NCBI RefSeq assembly: GCF_031769215.1
Contig: NW_026782013.1
Span: 310,001 to 374,000, forward strand
Reading direction: 5' to 3'
DNA from: Ylistrum balloti
Taxonomy: Eukaryota
DNA length: 64,000 bases
A program made the translations under genes and the position numbers. Within the stretch, counting starts at the first letter, position 1, and each line of letters begins with the position of its first letter. A model generated the notes under the pieces. That model had not been told where the DNA came from, did no database searches, and was given only the letters and a program-made list of their open reading frames with translations. Below, piece after piece: positions 50,901 to 62,257 of this stretch.

Positions 50901-53900
50901 GTGTTAATATCATATTTGTAAATTATTGTTTCAATAAGTAAAGGTATGGCACCATCATAGTATATTAAAAGTTCCAAATGAATATAACACAATGTAGGCA
51001 TGATCTGGTGCTCTAATACCTATTAACAATGATAATGTCTTTCTTTTCACTAGGTTGGTAGTTGTGCTGAGAAACCAGGTCCATGTGTTCAGTTTCCCTA
51101 ACAAACCCCAAAAGTTGTTCACATTTGGCACCAGGGATAATCCTAAAGGTAATGAGATATGTTACATGTCACTCTGTTTATCTAATATTTCATAATGTAC
51201 TGGTGATTTACATGTCACTCTGTTTATCTATAATGTACTGGTGATTTACATGTCACTCTGTTTATCTAATATTTCATAATGTACTGGTGATTTACATGCC
51301 ACTCTGTCTATCTATCATTTTATAATGTACTGGTGATTTACATGTCACTCTGTTTATCTATAATGTACTGGTGATTTACATGTCACTCTGTTTATCTAAT
51401 ATTTCATAATGTACTGGTGATTTACATGTCACTCTGTTTATCTATCATTTTATAATGTACTGGTGATTTACATGTCACTCTGTTTATCTATAATGTACTG
51501 GTGATTTACATGTCACTCTGTTTATCTACTATTTTTATAATGTACTGGTGATTTACATGTCACTCTGTTTATCTACTATTTTATAATGTACTGGTGATTT
51601 ACATGTCACTGTTTATCTACTATTTTATAATGTACTAGTGATAATATAACTACCAATGAAAGTGTTGATAGAATCACAACATCAATACTGAACAGTTAGA
51701 CATTAAATTTCATTATTGAAACCAATATAGATAATGTAAGTACATGTATACTTGAATCAGATCCTTCTTGTTATTGTCAAAAAAAAAGTATGGGTATCTC
51801 TTAATCTACACTACAGATTTCTTTGAATGGTTTGATATCACTACAAATGAAATTGAGAAGAATTTAATTACCTTATGTATACATATACAGCTCACCAGTC
51901 AATTAGTTTCATCATGATCAGTGTAAATGTGTGTGTTAATGTTTTTTGAAATGTAAAGAAAATATTGAGGAAATATTCTTTGAAAGAAGAAGGAAAATGT
52001 GACTAATTTAATGATTTAATCAATCATAAATGCCATGACAATATGTGTGAATTAAAGTTACTTTTTCAACTTCCTACATCCTTATCGTAAACATAAAACT
52101 GGCATCTCATGTAAAGTGAAATTAAATTCAAGAACAGTAGTTTTTAGATTTTAAGTATGTTTTACTTGATCAGGTCTGTGTGAGGTCAGTGGGTTTGGCC
52201 AGACTTTGGTGTTTCCTGGACACAAGTGTGGAAGTATTCAAATTGTGGTATGTAGCACCTACCTAACAAATACATGTAGTTTAAGCAGGTAGATACATAA
52301 TCAGTTAAAGGCTACATATTTCTGTTGTTTGTTATTTTATACCCATCCACAATGCTGATACCCTCTAAAACATAAGTGCAATAATACTGCAAAACAATAC
52401 TGTTACAAATATTCACATTGCTGCAGAATTATTATTTGCTGTCACTTTTGATTAAAGTCTATTGTACTTGTATAAATAGATGTGCATAACCTGTAAGATT
52501 TGAAGTCTGTAATGTATTTCTGTATATCATCCTTTACTACCTTTACTATAGGCATTATTTTACAAAGAGTTAACAAGACAGGTAGAGAGACTTGTACTAT
52601 TTATGTGATGAGATTTTAATAATCTTGATTACCTCCCTACTAAAGTGAACCTTGATAATTTCCCTTCCCCAGGACAGGTAATGTAATTTGTAGTAATTAG
52701 GTCAATATATTTCAACTGGGATTGATTACCTCCCCATTTCCCGGGTAAAGTGATATGTAGTACTGGGTATTTGATTCAATAGATTTCAAAACACAGACAC
52801 GATTGGCCCTCTTCCCTCGGACAGGTAAAGTCATGAGTATAACTAAGTTCATAGACTTTTACACACACATAGTTTGGATTACCTCACTTCTTTCAGGAAT
52901 TGAGTAAAGTCATATTTATAGTACTGAATATATCATAAGGTTTTAACACTCTCTTTTGGTAGGATCTGGAGACTACTCAGCCTGGTCAGTCCTCCTCACC
53001 TATTACCATCAATGCCCATCAGAATGACCTTGCTTGTCTTGCACTCAACCAGAATGGCACACTCCTGGCAACTGCTTCTAAAAAGGTAACGCAAGATTAT
53101 ATGTAATGAGGAATACTGTTGAGGAGCAATGTGTTAATTGTATTCATAGTACACAAAATAGTGTTAATACCTGGTAAATTATATTGGTCATCAAATTCTG
53201 TAAAACTAGGTAAATACACTGAGGTCTTGTTTCAGGGAACACTAATAAGGGTGTTTGACCTTGTGACCAAAAAACAAGTTGTAGAGCTGAGGAGAGGAGC
53301 AGACACTGCAATGTTATACTGGTAAGGCTATCATCCTATAACAAATACTATCACAGACACCACAATGTTATACTGGTAAGGCTATCATCCTTTAACAAAT
53401 ACTATTACAGACACCACAATGTTATACTGGTAAGGCTATCATCCTTTAACAAATACTATCACAGACACCACAATGTTATACTGGTAAGGCTATCATCCTT
53501 TAACAAATATTATCACAGACACCACAATGTTATACTGGTAAGGCTATCATCCTATAACAAATACTATCACAGACACCACAATGTTATACTGGTAAGGCTA
53601 TCATCCTTTAACAAATACTATCACAGACACCACAATGTTATACTGGTAAGGCTATCATCCTATAACAAATACTATCACAGACACCACAATGTTATACTGG
53701 TAAGGCTATCATCCTTTAACAAATACTATCACAGACACCACAATGTTATACTGGTAAGGCTATCATCCTATAACAAATACTATCACAGACACCACAATGT
53801 TATACTGGTAAGGCTATCATCCTATAACAAATACTATCACAGACACCACAATGTTATACTGGTAAGGCTATCATCCTTTAACAAATACTATCACAGACAC

Positions 53901-56249
53901 CACAATGTTATACTGGTAAGGCTATCATCCTATAACAAATTCTATTACAGACATCACAATGTTATACTGGTAAGGCTATCATCCTTTAACAAATACTATC
54001 ACAGACACCACAATGTTATACTGGTAAGGCTATCATCCTATAACAAATACTATCACAGACACCACAATGTTATACTGGTAAGGCTATCATCCTATAACCA
54101 ATACTATTACAGACACCACAATGTTATACTGGTAAGGCTGTCATCCTTTAACAAAAACTATTACAGACACCACAATGTTATACTGGTAAGGCTATCATCC
54201 TATAACAAATACTATCACAGACACCACAATGTTATACTGGTAAGGCTATCATCCTTTAACAAATACTATCACAGACACCACAATGTTATACTGGTAAGGC
54301 TATCATCCTTTAACAAATACTATCACAGACACCACAATGTTATACTGGTAAGGCTATCATCCTTTAACAAATACTATCACAGACACCACAATGTTATACT
54401 GGTAAGGCTATCGTCCTATAACAAATTCTATTACAGACATCACAATGTTATACTGGTAAGGCTATCATCCTATAACAAATTCTAATACAGACATCACAAT
54501 GTTATACTGGTAAGGCTATCATCCTTTAACAAATACTATCACAGACACCACAATGTTATACTGGTAAGGCTATCATCCTATAACAAATACTATTACAGAC
54601 ACCACAATGTTATACTGGTAAGGCTATCATCCTATAACCAATTCTATCACAGACACCACAAAGTTTTACTGGTAAGGCTATCGTCCTATAACAAATTCTA
54701 TCATAGACACCACAAAGTTTTACTGGTAAGGCTATTGTCCTATAACAAATTCTATCACAGACACCACAAAGTTTTACTGGTAAGTCTATCATCCTATTAC
54801 AAATTCTATCACAGACACAGCCATGATAATTCGCTGATGTATATAGATCAGATATATTGACCTAATGAAGGTTTTCATTTTTTAAATTGAAATTTAAACC
54901 CTACAATATTTTATTTGTAGTATCTCCTTCAGCCATGACTCAGCTTTTCTCTGTGCATCAAGTGACAAGGGAACAGTCCATATATTTGCTGTCAAAGAAA
55001 CTCATTTGAATAAAAGATCCTCGTGAGTACACTTCAAGAGATGATTTGATGTTGAGAACTATAAAGTTATCAGAGAGATGAAACATTATTTTTCTAGTTG
55101 TCCAGAGCACTAATAATGCAATGTAAATATATCTATGTATCCCTAATCCACTGAAAATATGTGTGTACCTCTGATCCCCTACCAATACATCTGTGTACCT
55201 GATCCCATATAAATTTGTTTATGTACCCCTGATCCCTAGTAATATATATATACTCAGTCCCCTGTAATGATATCTATGTACACCTGATCCCCTGTAATGT
55301 CTGTATATCTAGTCCCCTATAAAATTATTTGTGTACACAGTCCTTTCATCCATGATAAATATGTCTGTACCATTTATCACATGTTATGATGTCTATATAC
55401 ATCTCTCTGATGTGTAGAAGTATAAAATGTAAACATTATAGAAACATTCTTATATATTCATAAGAAAAAATTGAAATTTCCAGCACATCATATATTTGCA
55501 TTTTGCACTGATATTTATTTTACTCCACAGCTTCAAACAAATGGGGTTCCTCGGAACTTATGTGGAGTCCCAGTGGGGCCTTGCCAGCTTCACTGTGGCT
55601 GCTGAATGTGCCTGTGCTTGTGCATTTGGACCAGGACATTCAGTCATAGGTACAAATTCTTCATCTATTAGTTCATCATAAATCTTTGGAAGGTTCAAAC
55701 TCCATTGTTAATAGATAATTGTATACAATCATTTTATTACCAAACCACTATATTAATGTATTATTTGGTCAATATATGTGTTAATCTAATTCTATCGTTA
55801 AATCCAAGGGTCCTATTCTTGATTTACCATCCATTTCTGTGCCATTGCAAGTATATGGCATTACTTGGTTTGTTTTCATTTACAGTGGTTCTTGAATACT
55901 ATGACCTTGTTGATAAATGATAAAAGGAACTTTATAAGCATAAAGGTAAAAATTTCTTGGATTGGATTTTTGGCATTGCTCCAAGAAACTTTTCCTGAAG
56001 AATGACTTTAATCAGCCTGGTTATTGACCAGTTTCTGAAATATGGAGTTAGTTAATCAGCTGCATAGAAATGAGATCTTTTTGATTTTTGCCATTATGAA
56101 TACCAAGGATACCTTTATATTATTTCTCTTTTCTGTTTTCAGCCGTGTGTGTGGATGGAACTTTCCATAAATATGTGTTCACCACTGATGGCAACTGTAA
56201 CAGGGAGGCATATGATGTATATCTAGACCTAGGGGATGACATGGAATAG
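47926..56249 (+). CDS. WDR45: WD repeat domain phosphoinositide-interacting protein 4 (WIPI4)
   Basis: Eleven phase-consistent exons: 47926-47971, 48680-48754, 49715-49819, 50596-50695, 51054-51148, 52174-52247, 52963-53085, 53236-53321, 54921-55022, 55531-55649 and 56143-56249. PROPPIN LRRG motif ([10 protein letters not shown]), [10 protein letters not shown], and C-terminus [26 protein letters not shown], as in WDR45. Confidence 0.95.
51162..51640. repeat. 35-46-bp minisatellite in WDR45 intron 5
   Basis: Core ATAATGTACTGGTGATTTACATGTCACTCTGTTTATCT, repeated about 11 times. Confidence 0.9.
53300..54820 (+). repeat. 54-bp minisatellite built from the WDR45 exon 8/intron 8 junction, 28 copies
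   Basis: Unit ACAGACACCACAATGTTATACTG|GTAAGGCTATCATCCTTTAACAAATACTATC. The first copy is the real exon end and donor (53321/53322); the last donor-like copy is at ~54779. Confidence 0.95.
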
Positions 56250-56476
56250 AGCAAACGGGGAATGGCATTTGCCATACCTTACAAACAAGGGAGATATGAA
56301 TACAGGATGTATGAACAAGGGTTGACCAATTGAAACTTGAAAAGGATGTTGTTTTATTGTGTCACCAGTGATAAAAGACTTGTTTGTGATTACATTATTG
56401 TATAATTATAAAACAACTGATTGATAATTGTTGTTATTAAAGCACTATCTAATGAAATGTATATGTACATATATAT

Positions 56477-56993
56477 ATGAAGGATATAGAAATTTTTGAC
56501 CGTTACAAATGTCTTGGTATTGTATTTAAACAAAGTAGGAATTTTGCAGAAGCAAAAATTAATCTTGTACGACAGGCTACAAAAGCCAAGTGTGCTCTGT
56601 ATACTAGAATTCATAGTTTAAGATTACCTGTTGACTGTCAATTAATACATTTTGACCAAACAATTGTTCCTATATTGTTATACGGATGTGAAATCTGGGG
56701 TTTCTCAAGCACAGCCTGTATAGACAAAGTACATTTAGATTTTTTGAGAAATGTACTTGGTGTTAAAAAAAGTACACCGAGATATATGTTGTATGGTGAC
56801 ACTGGACGTGTACATATCAAAACACGGATGGTTACTTACTGGGCTAGAATTGTCGAGTCACATGACTGTAAACTTGCTCACATAGTGTACAATTTTTTGT
56901 TGAAATACAATTACTTTAACAATTGCCAGTCTCAGTGGTTACAAGCAGTAAAGTCTACATTGGACAATTGTGGTATGAGTAATATTTGGCATA
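56477..56993 (+). mobile_element. 5'-truncated non-LTR retrotransposon (LINE) ORF2 fragment, post-RT region
   Basis: YKCLGIVF...FDQTIVPILLYGCEIWG...KVHLDFLRNVLGVKKSTPRYMLYGDTGR...RMVTYWARI is typical of the region after the RT domain in L2/CR1-like LINEs. It is cut at 56994 by a CACTA terminus. Confidence 0.85.
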
Positions 56994-57833
56994 CACTACT
57001 GCAGACAGAGGTCATCAAAATACCATTAAAATCTCATGAAGTTATCATTAAAATCATTAAAAGTGTTAAAAATGGCCATTAAATCTTGTATTGATATATT
57101 TTAACAGGTTTCTGCTTAAGCCATTAAAAAGGCACTTAAAATCTTGTTTTAAGATACAATTACAAAGAATTAATTGTCATTTAACACCCAAAATTTGATG
57201 TAACATGCTGTTAAAAAAATTAATGTTGATAAAAGATACTTGAAATTTGTATCTTTGTGTTTTAATTGCACTTAACAGAAAAATAATGGCCATTAAAACG
57301 TTTCCTTAATTTTGTACACGACCCAAGTTCATTTTAATTATTATTACTTTCTTTGCATGACAACAAAGTGACTTAATTGCCATTAACTTTGCTATAAATT
57401 ATTTAATTGCCATTAACAGTCAATGAACAAATGCTTTATCTGAAATTTTATTGAAGGTGTTTTCCAAGTGCCATTAAATTTCAACAACCAATTAATTAAC
57501 AGGCATTAAATTCTTTAAGTAAAAAGTAATTTCATGCAAGTCTATAAATCTCTAAATTTAAGTGTCATTAAAACAATCTTATGTATATATATGCCATTAC
57601 TTTAAATTTGGATACATATGTATTTGACTGGATTTGCAATTGATCACAAATAAAATTGCATTATATAAATCATGTATTTTCTTGGCTTATCAATTCCTAG
57701 GGAAAATTGTAGTTTCTTACATTTTAGTTTGTAATCATAAACATTCAATAAAAAATTGTTGATATTTTTCAATAGACTAAGCTGTGAAGTACACGGCAAA
57801 CATATATCTATACCTTTTGAGTGAAACACTAAT

Positions 57834-59497
57834 TTACATGCGTTTGTACTGAACCTTGTCACTGTTCAAAATCCATATTTTCTCTGTTTCAATCGCTGTC
57901 ACCAGGGGTATTGAAAGGCGGTTTGTCAGAATATAACTACATCTAGCTTTTGCAGATTTTGGCAAGTCATTATTCTGAGCAATTGCAAACCATAGTTTGG
58001 TTTCTGAATCAAAATGGATATCTTTTATCCATTCCACAAAAGCTAAAAATTGTGAACTACATGCATCATTCATGGCTTTATGCTCTACAAAGTATAAAAT
58101 ACGTCGGAAACCAACAAATTTCCCTGACTTAACTTTTCGTTCAGGTGGACCTCTGTCAAATTCACAGCATATAAATGATGAAATAGTAAGTGCGTTGCTT
58201 CTTTCTTTTACTTCAGAACAGTATGACACTTCATGGCGAGTGATTGGATGCGTTTCCTTGTGGTAATAGTACTTGAAGTACCGTTCACAATTACATCCTG
58301 ATGTATTGCACTCTCTATGAATTGCCTTAACATCTCTCTTTTTCAGTACAACATACTTTGCTGAATCACTTTTATTTTGTGACTCTTCTCCAATCAAATC
58401 ATTTACATTCATTTGTAAGGAGTTCAAAGAAATGCGTCCAGAGCTCAACATGTAGTGGCACCAGTCATGTAAAAGGAAGGTTTCTATAGTGGTGGCTTCA
58501 GGATATCGCTTATTTAGAACTCTCTTACAGATCCAGGAATTGAATCTTTCGTAAGTGTACATCCATGTTCTGTAAACTGGCCCGAACCGCCTTAGACCCT
58601 CTGGAATGTCATGTAGAAGACGTATTGTAATGTTCTGCAAATGCAGCGGGAAGTACATTTCTAGCATAACAAGAGCCTTATTTAACTTTCATTCTAAAAT
58701 GTCAATGTCGGTTGCTGTGATACTCTCTTTACAGATTTCAGCTAAGCAGTCAAATAGAAGAAAAAGGGTTTCTCTACATTGCTGCTCTAATAGGCCATGT
58801 AAACAGAATTTAAGAATACCATTTGTGGCGAGTTGTTTCCAGTCATGAGATTTTAAACAAGTAGTTTTACTAATAAAGTTGGATGGTTTTAATCCAAAAC
58901 CTATTGGAACACGAATACTCTTTGCACGCTCATCCGCAAGGATTATTTCAGTTTTCGATAACTGGAATGGGAGATCAGATGTTTTCTTTTCGTCGCACAT
59001 TTATTTTGAGAATTAAACTTTTTTCTCTTATTAGAAATTCTTAGTGTCTCTGTTTCAGTGGTTTCACCTTCGGAGTCGGATTGAAGATTACAAGCAATGT
59101 TTTCACCATGATCAACATTAGCACTAGTGTTGCCTCTGGAAAGAAGATGGAAGCGATTCATTTTCTTTTCAGAATTGATGATTTTTTCCATGTTGACTTT
59201 GTTACCAGTGACCACATTCATAACATTCTGTACTACATCTTTTATTGTGTGACATGCATCGGGGAAGCATTCATTCACTCTGTCATGTCCCTCTAATTTT
59301 GCTAACACATTGTTTTTACATCCAGTGGCAGTGGCAACACAGTTTGCTTGGGTTTTGTTTTTTGTCTTTTCATAAGCTTTTCTGTAGTCTAGCACCTTAG
59401 AGAAATTCCGTTCGGGGGGTTTCAAAGACTCATCTTTGTTTTTTTTCACAAAATGCAAACAGTCTAAACGAAGAACATCATTCTTATCAATTAACAA
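57834..59497 (-). pseudogene. Decayed EnSpm/CACTA transposase (C-terminal half, DUF4218-like region)
   Basis: Motifs ECFPDACHTIKDVV, LKSHDWKQL and LLHDIPEGLRRFGPVYRTWMYTYERFNSW. Frameshift near 59000, in-frame TGA at 58689-58691, N-terminal catalytic part absent. Confidence 0.85.
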
Positions 59498-59731
59498 AAA
59501 TTTTCCTTTTCATAGTTGCACCTCAACTGAAACCAAAGTCCAGGGAAGTGTGGCAACGGCTAGGAGCCAATCTGCAAAACCGGAGAAAATACATGTGTGA
59601 TGAGGACGAAGGAAAACATATTTTAAAACCTGTAAAATCTAGCAGCCACGGTACCGATATTGTGCCAAGTACCAGTTCAGACGGTCCGGATCAATTTACA
59701 ATTGGGCAAATGGTTCAGCTGACCAAAAAGC

Positions 59732-62257
59732 ATGAATAAAAATAGCATGGCATCAGGGATTATTGTATCCACACATATGGATGACATGTTTGTTGATATT
59801 GCCATTCAATCTGTAAATGAAATTTCTTCAGAGGACAGAGACTCAGAGTCTGAACTACCTGAATCTGCAAGTAATGGTGAAACAAACTTATCCAGCAAAC
59901 TAATAAATCATGTCATCAAGTGGAGGAAAGATCGTCTTGCTGCAGCAAATTTGAACAAAAGGAAACAACCAGATGATGATAAACCAAATGCTGAGAAAAT
60001 TAAAAAACATGTGACGGTAACTACTGTTGGAAACAGTTCAGGTGGAAAGGGTACAGAAATTCCAGGGAACAGTTCTGGTGGTAAGAGTACAGAAATTCCA
60101 AGGAAAGGGAGTTCTGGTGGTAAGAGTACAGAAATTCTAAGGAAAGGGGGTTCTGGTGGTAAGAGTACAGAAATTCCAAGGAAAGGGAGTTCAGGTGGTA
60201 AGAGTACAGATAATCCAGGGAACAGTTCTGGTAGTAAGAGTACAGAAATTCCAAGGAAAGGGAGTTCAGGTGGTAAGAGTACAGAAATTCCAAGGAAAGG
60301 GAGTTCAGGTGGTAAGAGTACAGAAATTCCAAGGAAAGGGAGTTCTGGTGGTAAGAGTACAGAAATTCCAAGGAAAGGGAGTTCAGGTGGTAAGAGTACA
60401 GATAATCCAGGGAACAGTTCTGGTAGTAAGAGTACAGAAATTCCAAGGAAAGGGAGTTCAGGTGGTAAGAGTACAGAAATTCCAGGGAACAGTTCTGGTG
60501 GTAAGAGTACAGAAATTCCAAGGAAAGGGAGTTCTGGTGGTAAGAGTACAGAAATTCCAAGGAAAGGGGGTTCTGGTGGTAAGAGTACAGAAATTCCAAG
60601 GAAAGGGAGTTCTGGTGGTAAGAGTACAGAAATTCCAAGGAAAGGGAGTTCAGGTGGTAAGAGTACAGAAAATCCAAGGAAAGGGAGTTCTGGTGGTAAG
60701 AGTACAGAAATTCCAAGGAAAGGGGGTTCTGGTGGTAAGAGTACAGAAAATCCAAGGAAAGGGAGTTCTGGTGGTAAGAGTACAGAAATTCCAAGGAAAG
60801 GGGGTTCTGGTGGTAAGAGTACAGAAAATCCAAGGAAAGGGAGTTCTGGTGGTAAGAGTACAGAGATTCCAAGGAAAGGGGGTTCTGGTGGTAAGAGTAC
60901 AGAAAATCCAAGGAAAGGGAGGTCTGGTGGTAAGAGTACAGAAATTCCAGGGAACAGTTCTGGTGGTAAGAGTACAGAAATTCCAAGGAAAGGGAGTTCT
61001 GGTGGTAAGAGTACAGAAATTCCAAGGAAAGGGAGTTCAGGTGGTAAGAGTACAGATAATCCAGGGAACAGTTCTGGTAGTAAGAGTACAGAAATTCCAA
61101 GGAAAGGGAGTTCAGGTGGTAAGAGTACAGAAATTCCAAGGAAAAGGAGGTCTGGTGGTAAGAGTACAGAAATTCCAAGGAAAGGGGGTTCTGGTGGTAA
61201 GAGTACAGAAATTCCAAGGAAAGGGAGTTCAGGTGGTAAGAGTACAGATAATCCAGGGAACAGTTCTGGTGGTAAGAGTACAGAAATTCCAAGGAAAAGG
61301 AGGTCTGGTGGTAAGAGTACAGAAATTCCAAGGAAAGGGAGTTCAGGTGGTAAGAGTACAGATAATCCAGGGAACAGTTCTGGTGGTAAGAGTACAGAAA
61401 TTCCAAGGAAAAGGAGGTCTGGTGGTAAGAGTACAGATAATCCAGGGAACAGTTCTGGTGGTAAGAGTACAGAAATTCCAGGGAACAGTTCTGGTGGTAA
61501 GAGTACAGAAATTCCAAGGAAAAGGAGGTCTGGTGGTAAGAGTACAGAAATTCCAAGGAAAGGGAGTTCTGTTGGTAAGAGTACAGATAATCAAGGGAAC
61601 AGTTCTGGTGGTAAGAGTACAGAAATTCCAGGGGACTGTTCTGTTGGTAAGAGTACAGAAATTCCAGGGAACAGTTCTGGTGGTAAGAGTACAGAAATTC
61701 CAAGGAAAGGGAGTTATGTTGGTAAGAGTACAGATAATCCAGGGAACAGTTCTGGTGGTAAGAGTACAGAAATTCCAGGGAACAGTTCTGGTGGTAAGAG
61801 TACAGAAATTCCAGGGAACAGGTCTGGTGGTAAGAGTACAGAAATTCCAGGGAACAGGTCTGGTGGTAAGAGTACAGAAATTCCAGGGAACAGTTCTGGT
61901 GGTAAGAGTACAGAAATTCCCAAGTTCAAAAGTTTTGTGTTGATGGAGTATTCCAACGAACAATTATATTGGGGAATTTTACAAACGGCTGACATGACAA
62001 ATGATTTCATCATAAGGAACACTTGCAAACCATTTTACAAAGACCAGAAAGTTTCAATTGACGAATTCGAGATGAAAATCAGTACCCGAGATTATGAAGT
62101 AAATCCTGACATGAAATATTGTGTATGGAAACTTGCTTGTGAAAACCAGTTCATTAAACTTTTACCTAAAGGGAAATTTGGAACAATAGTAATGAAAGAC
62201 GACCACATGAAGGACATGTTTTTCAAGGAATTTCAGAAGAATTTGGAAAAATACTGA
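59732..62257 (+). CDS. 841-codon accessory ORF inside the CACTA element, with a central Ser/Gly/Lys-rich repeat
   Basis: One open frame: about 100 unique aa, about 50 SSGGKSTEIPRKG / NSSGGKSTEIPG units, then about 110 unique aa. A probable upstream continuation lies in another frame (59548-59739). Function unknown. Confidence 0.55.
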   Translation: MNKNSMASGIIVSTHMDDMFVDIAIQSVNEISSEDRDSESELPESASNGETNLSSKLINHVIKWRKDRLAAANLNKRKQPDDDKPNAEKIKKHVTVTTVGNSSGGKGTEIPGNSSGGKSTEIPRKGSSGGKSTEILRKGGSGGKSTEIPRKGSSGGKSTDNPGNSSGSKSTEIPRKGSSGGKSTEIPRKGSSGGKSTEIPRKGSSGGKSTEIPRKGSSGGKSTDNPGNSSGSKSTEIPRKGSSGGKSTEIPGNSSGGKSTEIPRKGSSGGKSTEIPRKGGSGGKSTEIPRKGSSGGKSTEIPRKGSSGGKSTENPRKGSSGGKSTEIPRKGGSGGKSTENPRKGSSGGKSTEIPRKGGSGGKSTENPRKGSSGGKSTEIPRKGGSGGKSTENPRKGRSGGKSTEIPGNSSGGKSTEIPRKGSSGGKSTEIPRKGSSGGKSTDNPGNSSGSKSTEIPRKGSSGGKSTEIPRKRRSGGKSTEIPRKGGSGGKSTEIPRKGSSGGKSTDNPGNSSGGKSTEIPRKRRSGGKSTEIPRKGSSGGKSTDNPGNSSGGKSTEIPRKRRSGGKSTDNPGNSSGGKSTEIPGNSSGGKSTEIPRKRRSGGKSTEIPRKGSSVGKSTDNQGNSSGGKSTEIPGDCSVGKSTEIPGNSSGGKSTEIPRKGSYVGKSTDNPGNSSGGKSTEIPGNSSGGKSTEIPGNRSGGKSTEIPGNRSGGKSTEIPGNSSGGKSTEIPKFKSFVLMEYSNEQLYWGILQTADMTNDFIIRNTCKPFYKDQKVSIDEFEMKISTRDYEVNPDMKYCVWKLACENQFIKLLPKGKFGTIVMKDDHMKDMFFKEFQKNLEKY
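60035..61920 (+). repeat. 36/39-bp coding minisatellite within the CACTA accessory ORF
   Basis: Units GAGTTCTGGTGGTAAGAGTACAGAAATTCCAAGGAAAGG (39 bp) and CAGTTCTGGTGGTAAGAGTACAGAAATTCCAGGGAA (36 bp); both lengths are multiples of 3. Confidence 0.95.

Noticed and set aside
60021-61963. Alternative-frame ORFs of 560, 595 and 206 aa over the CACTA repeat
   Set aside because: They are confined to the repeat and lack unique flanking domains. Only the 59732-62257 frame extends on both sides.
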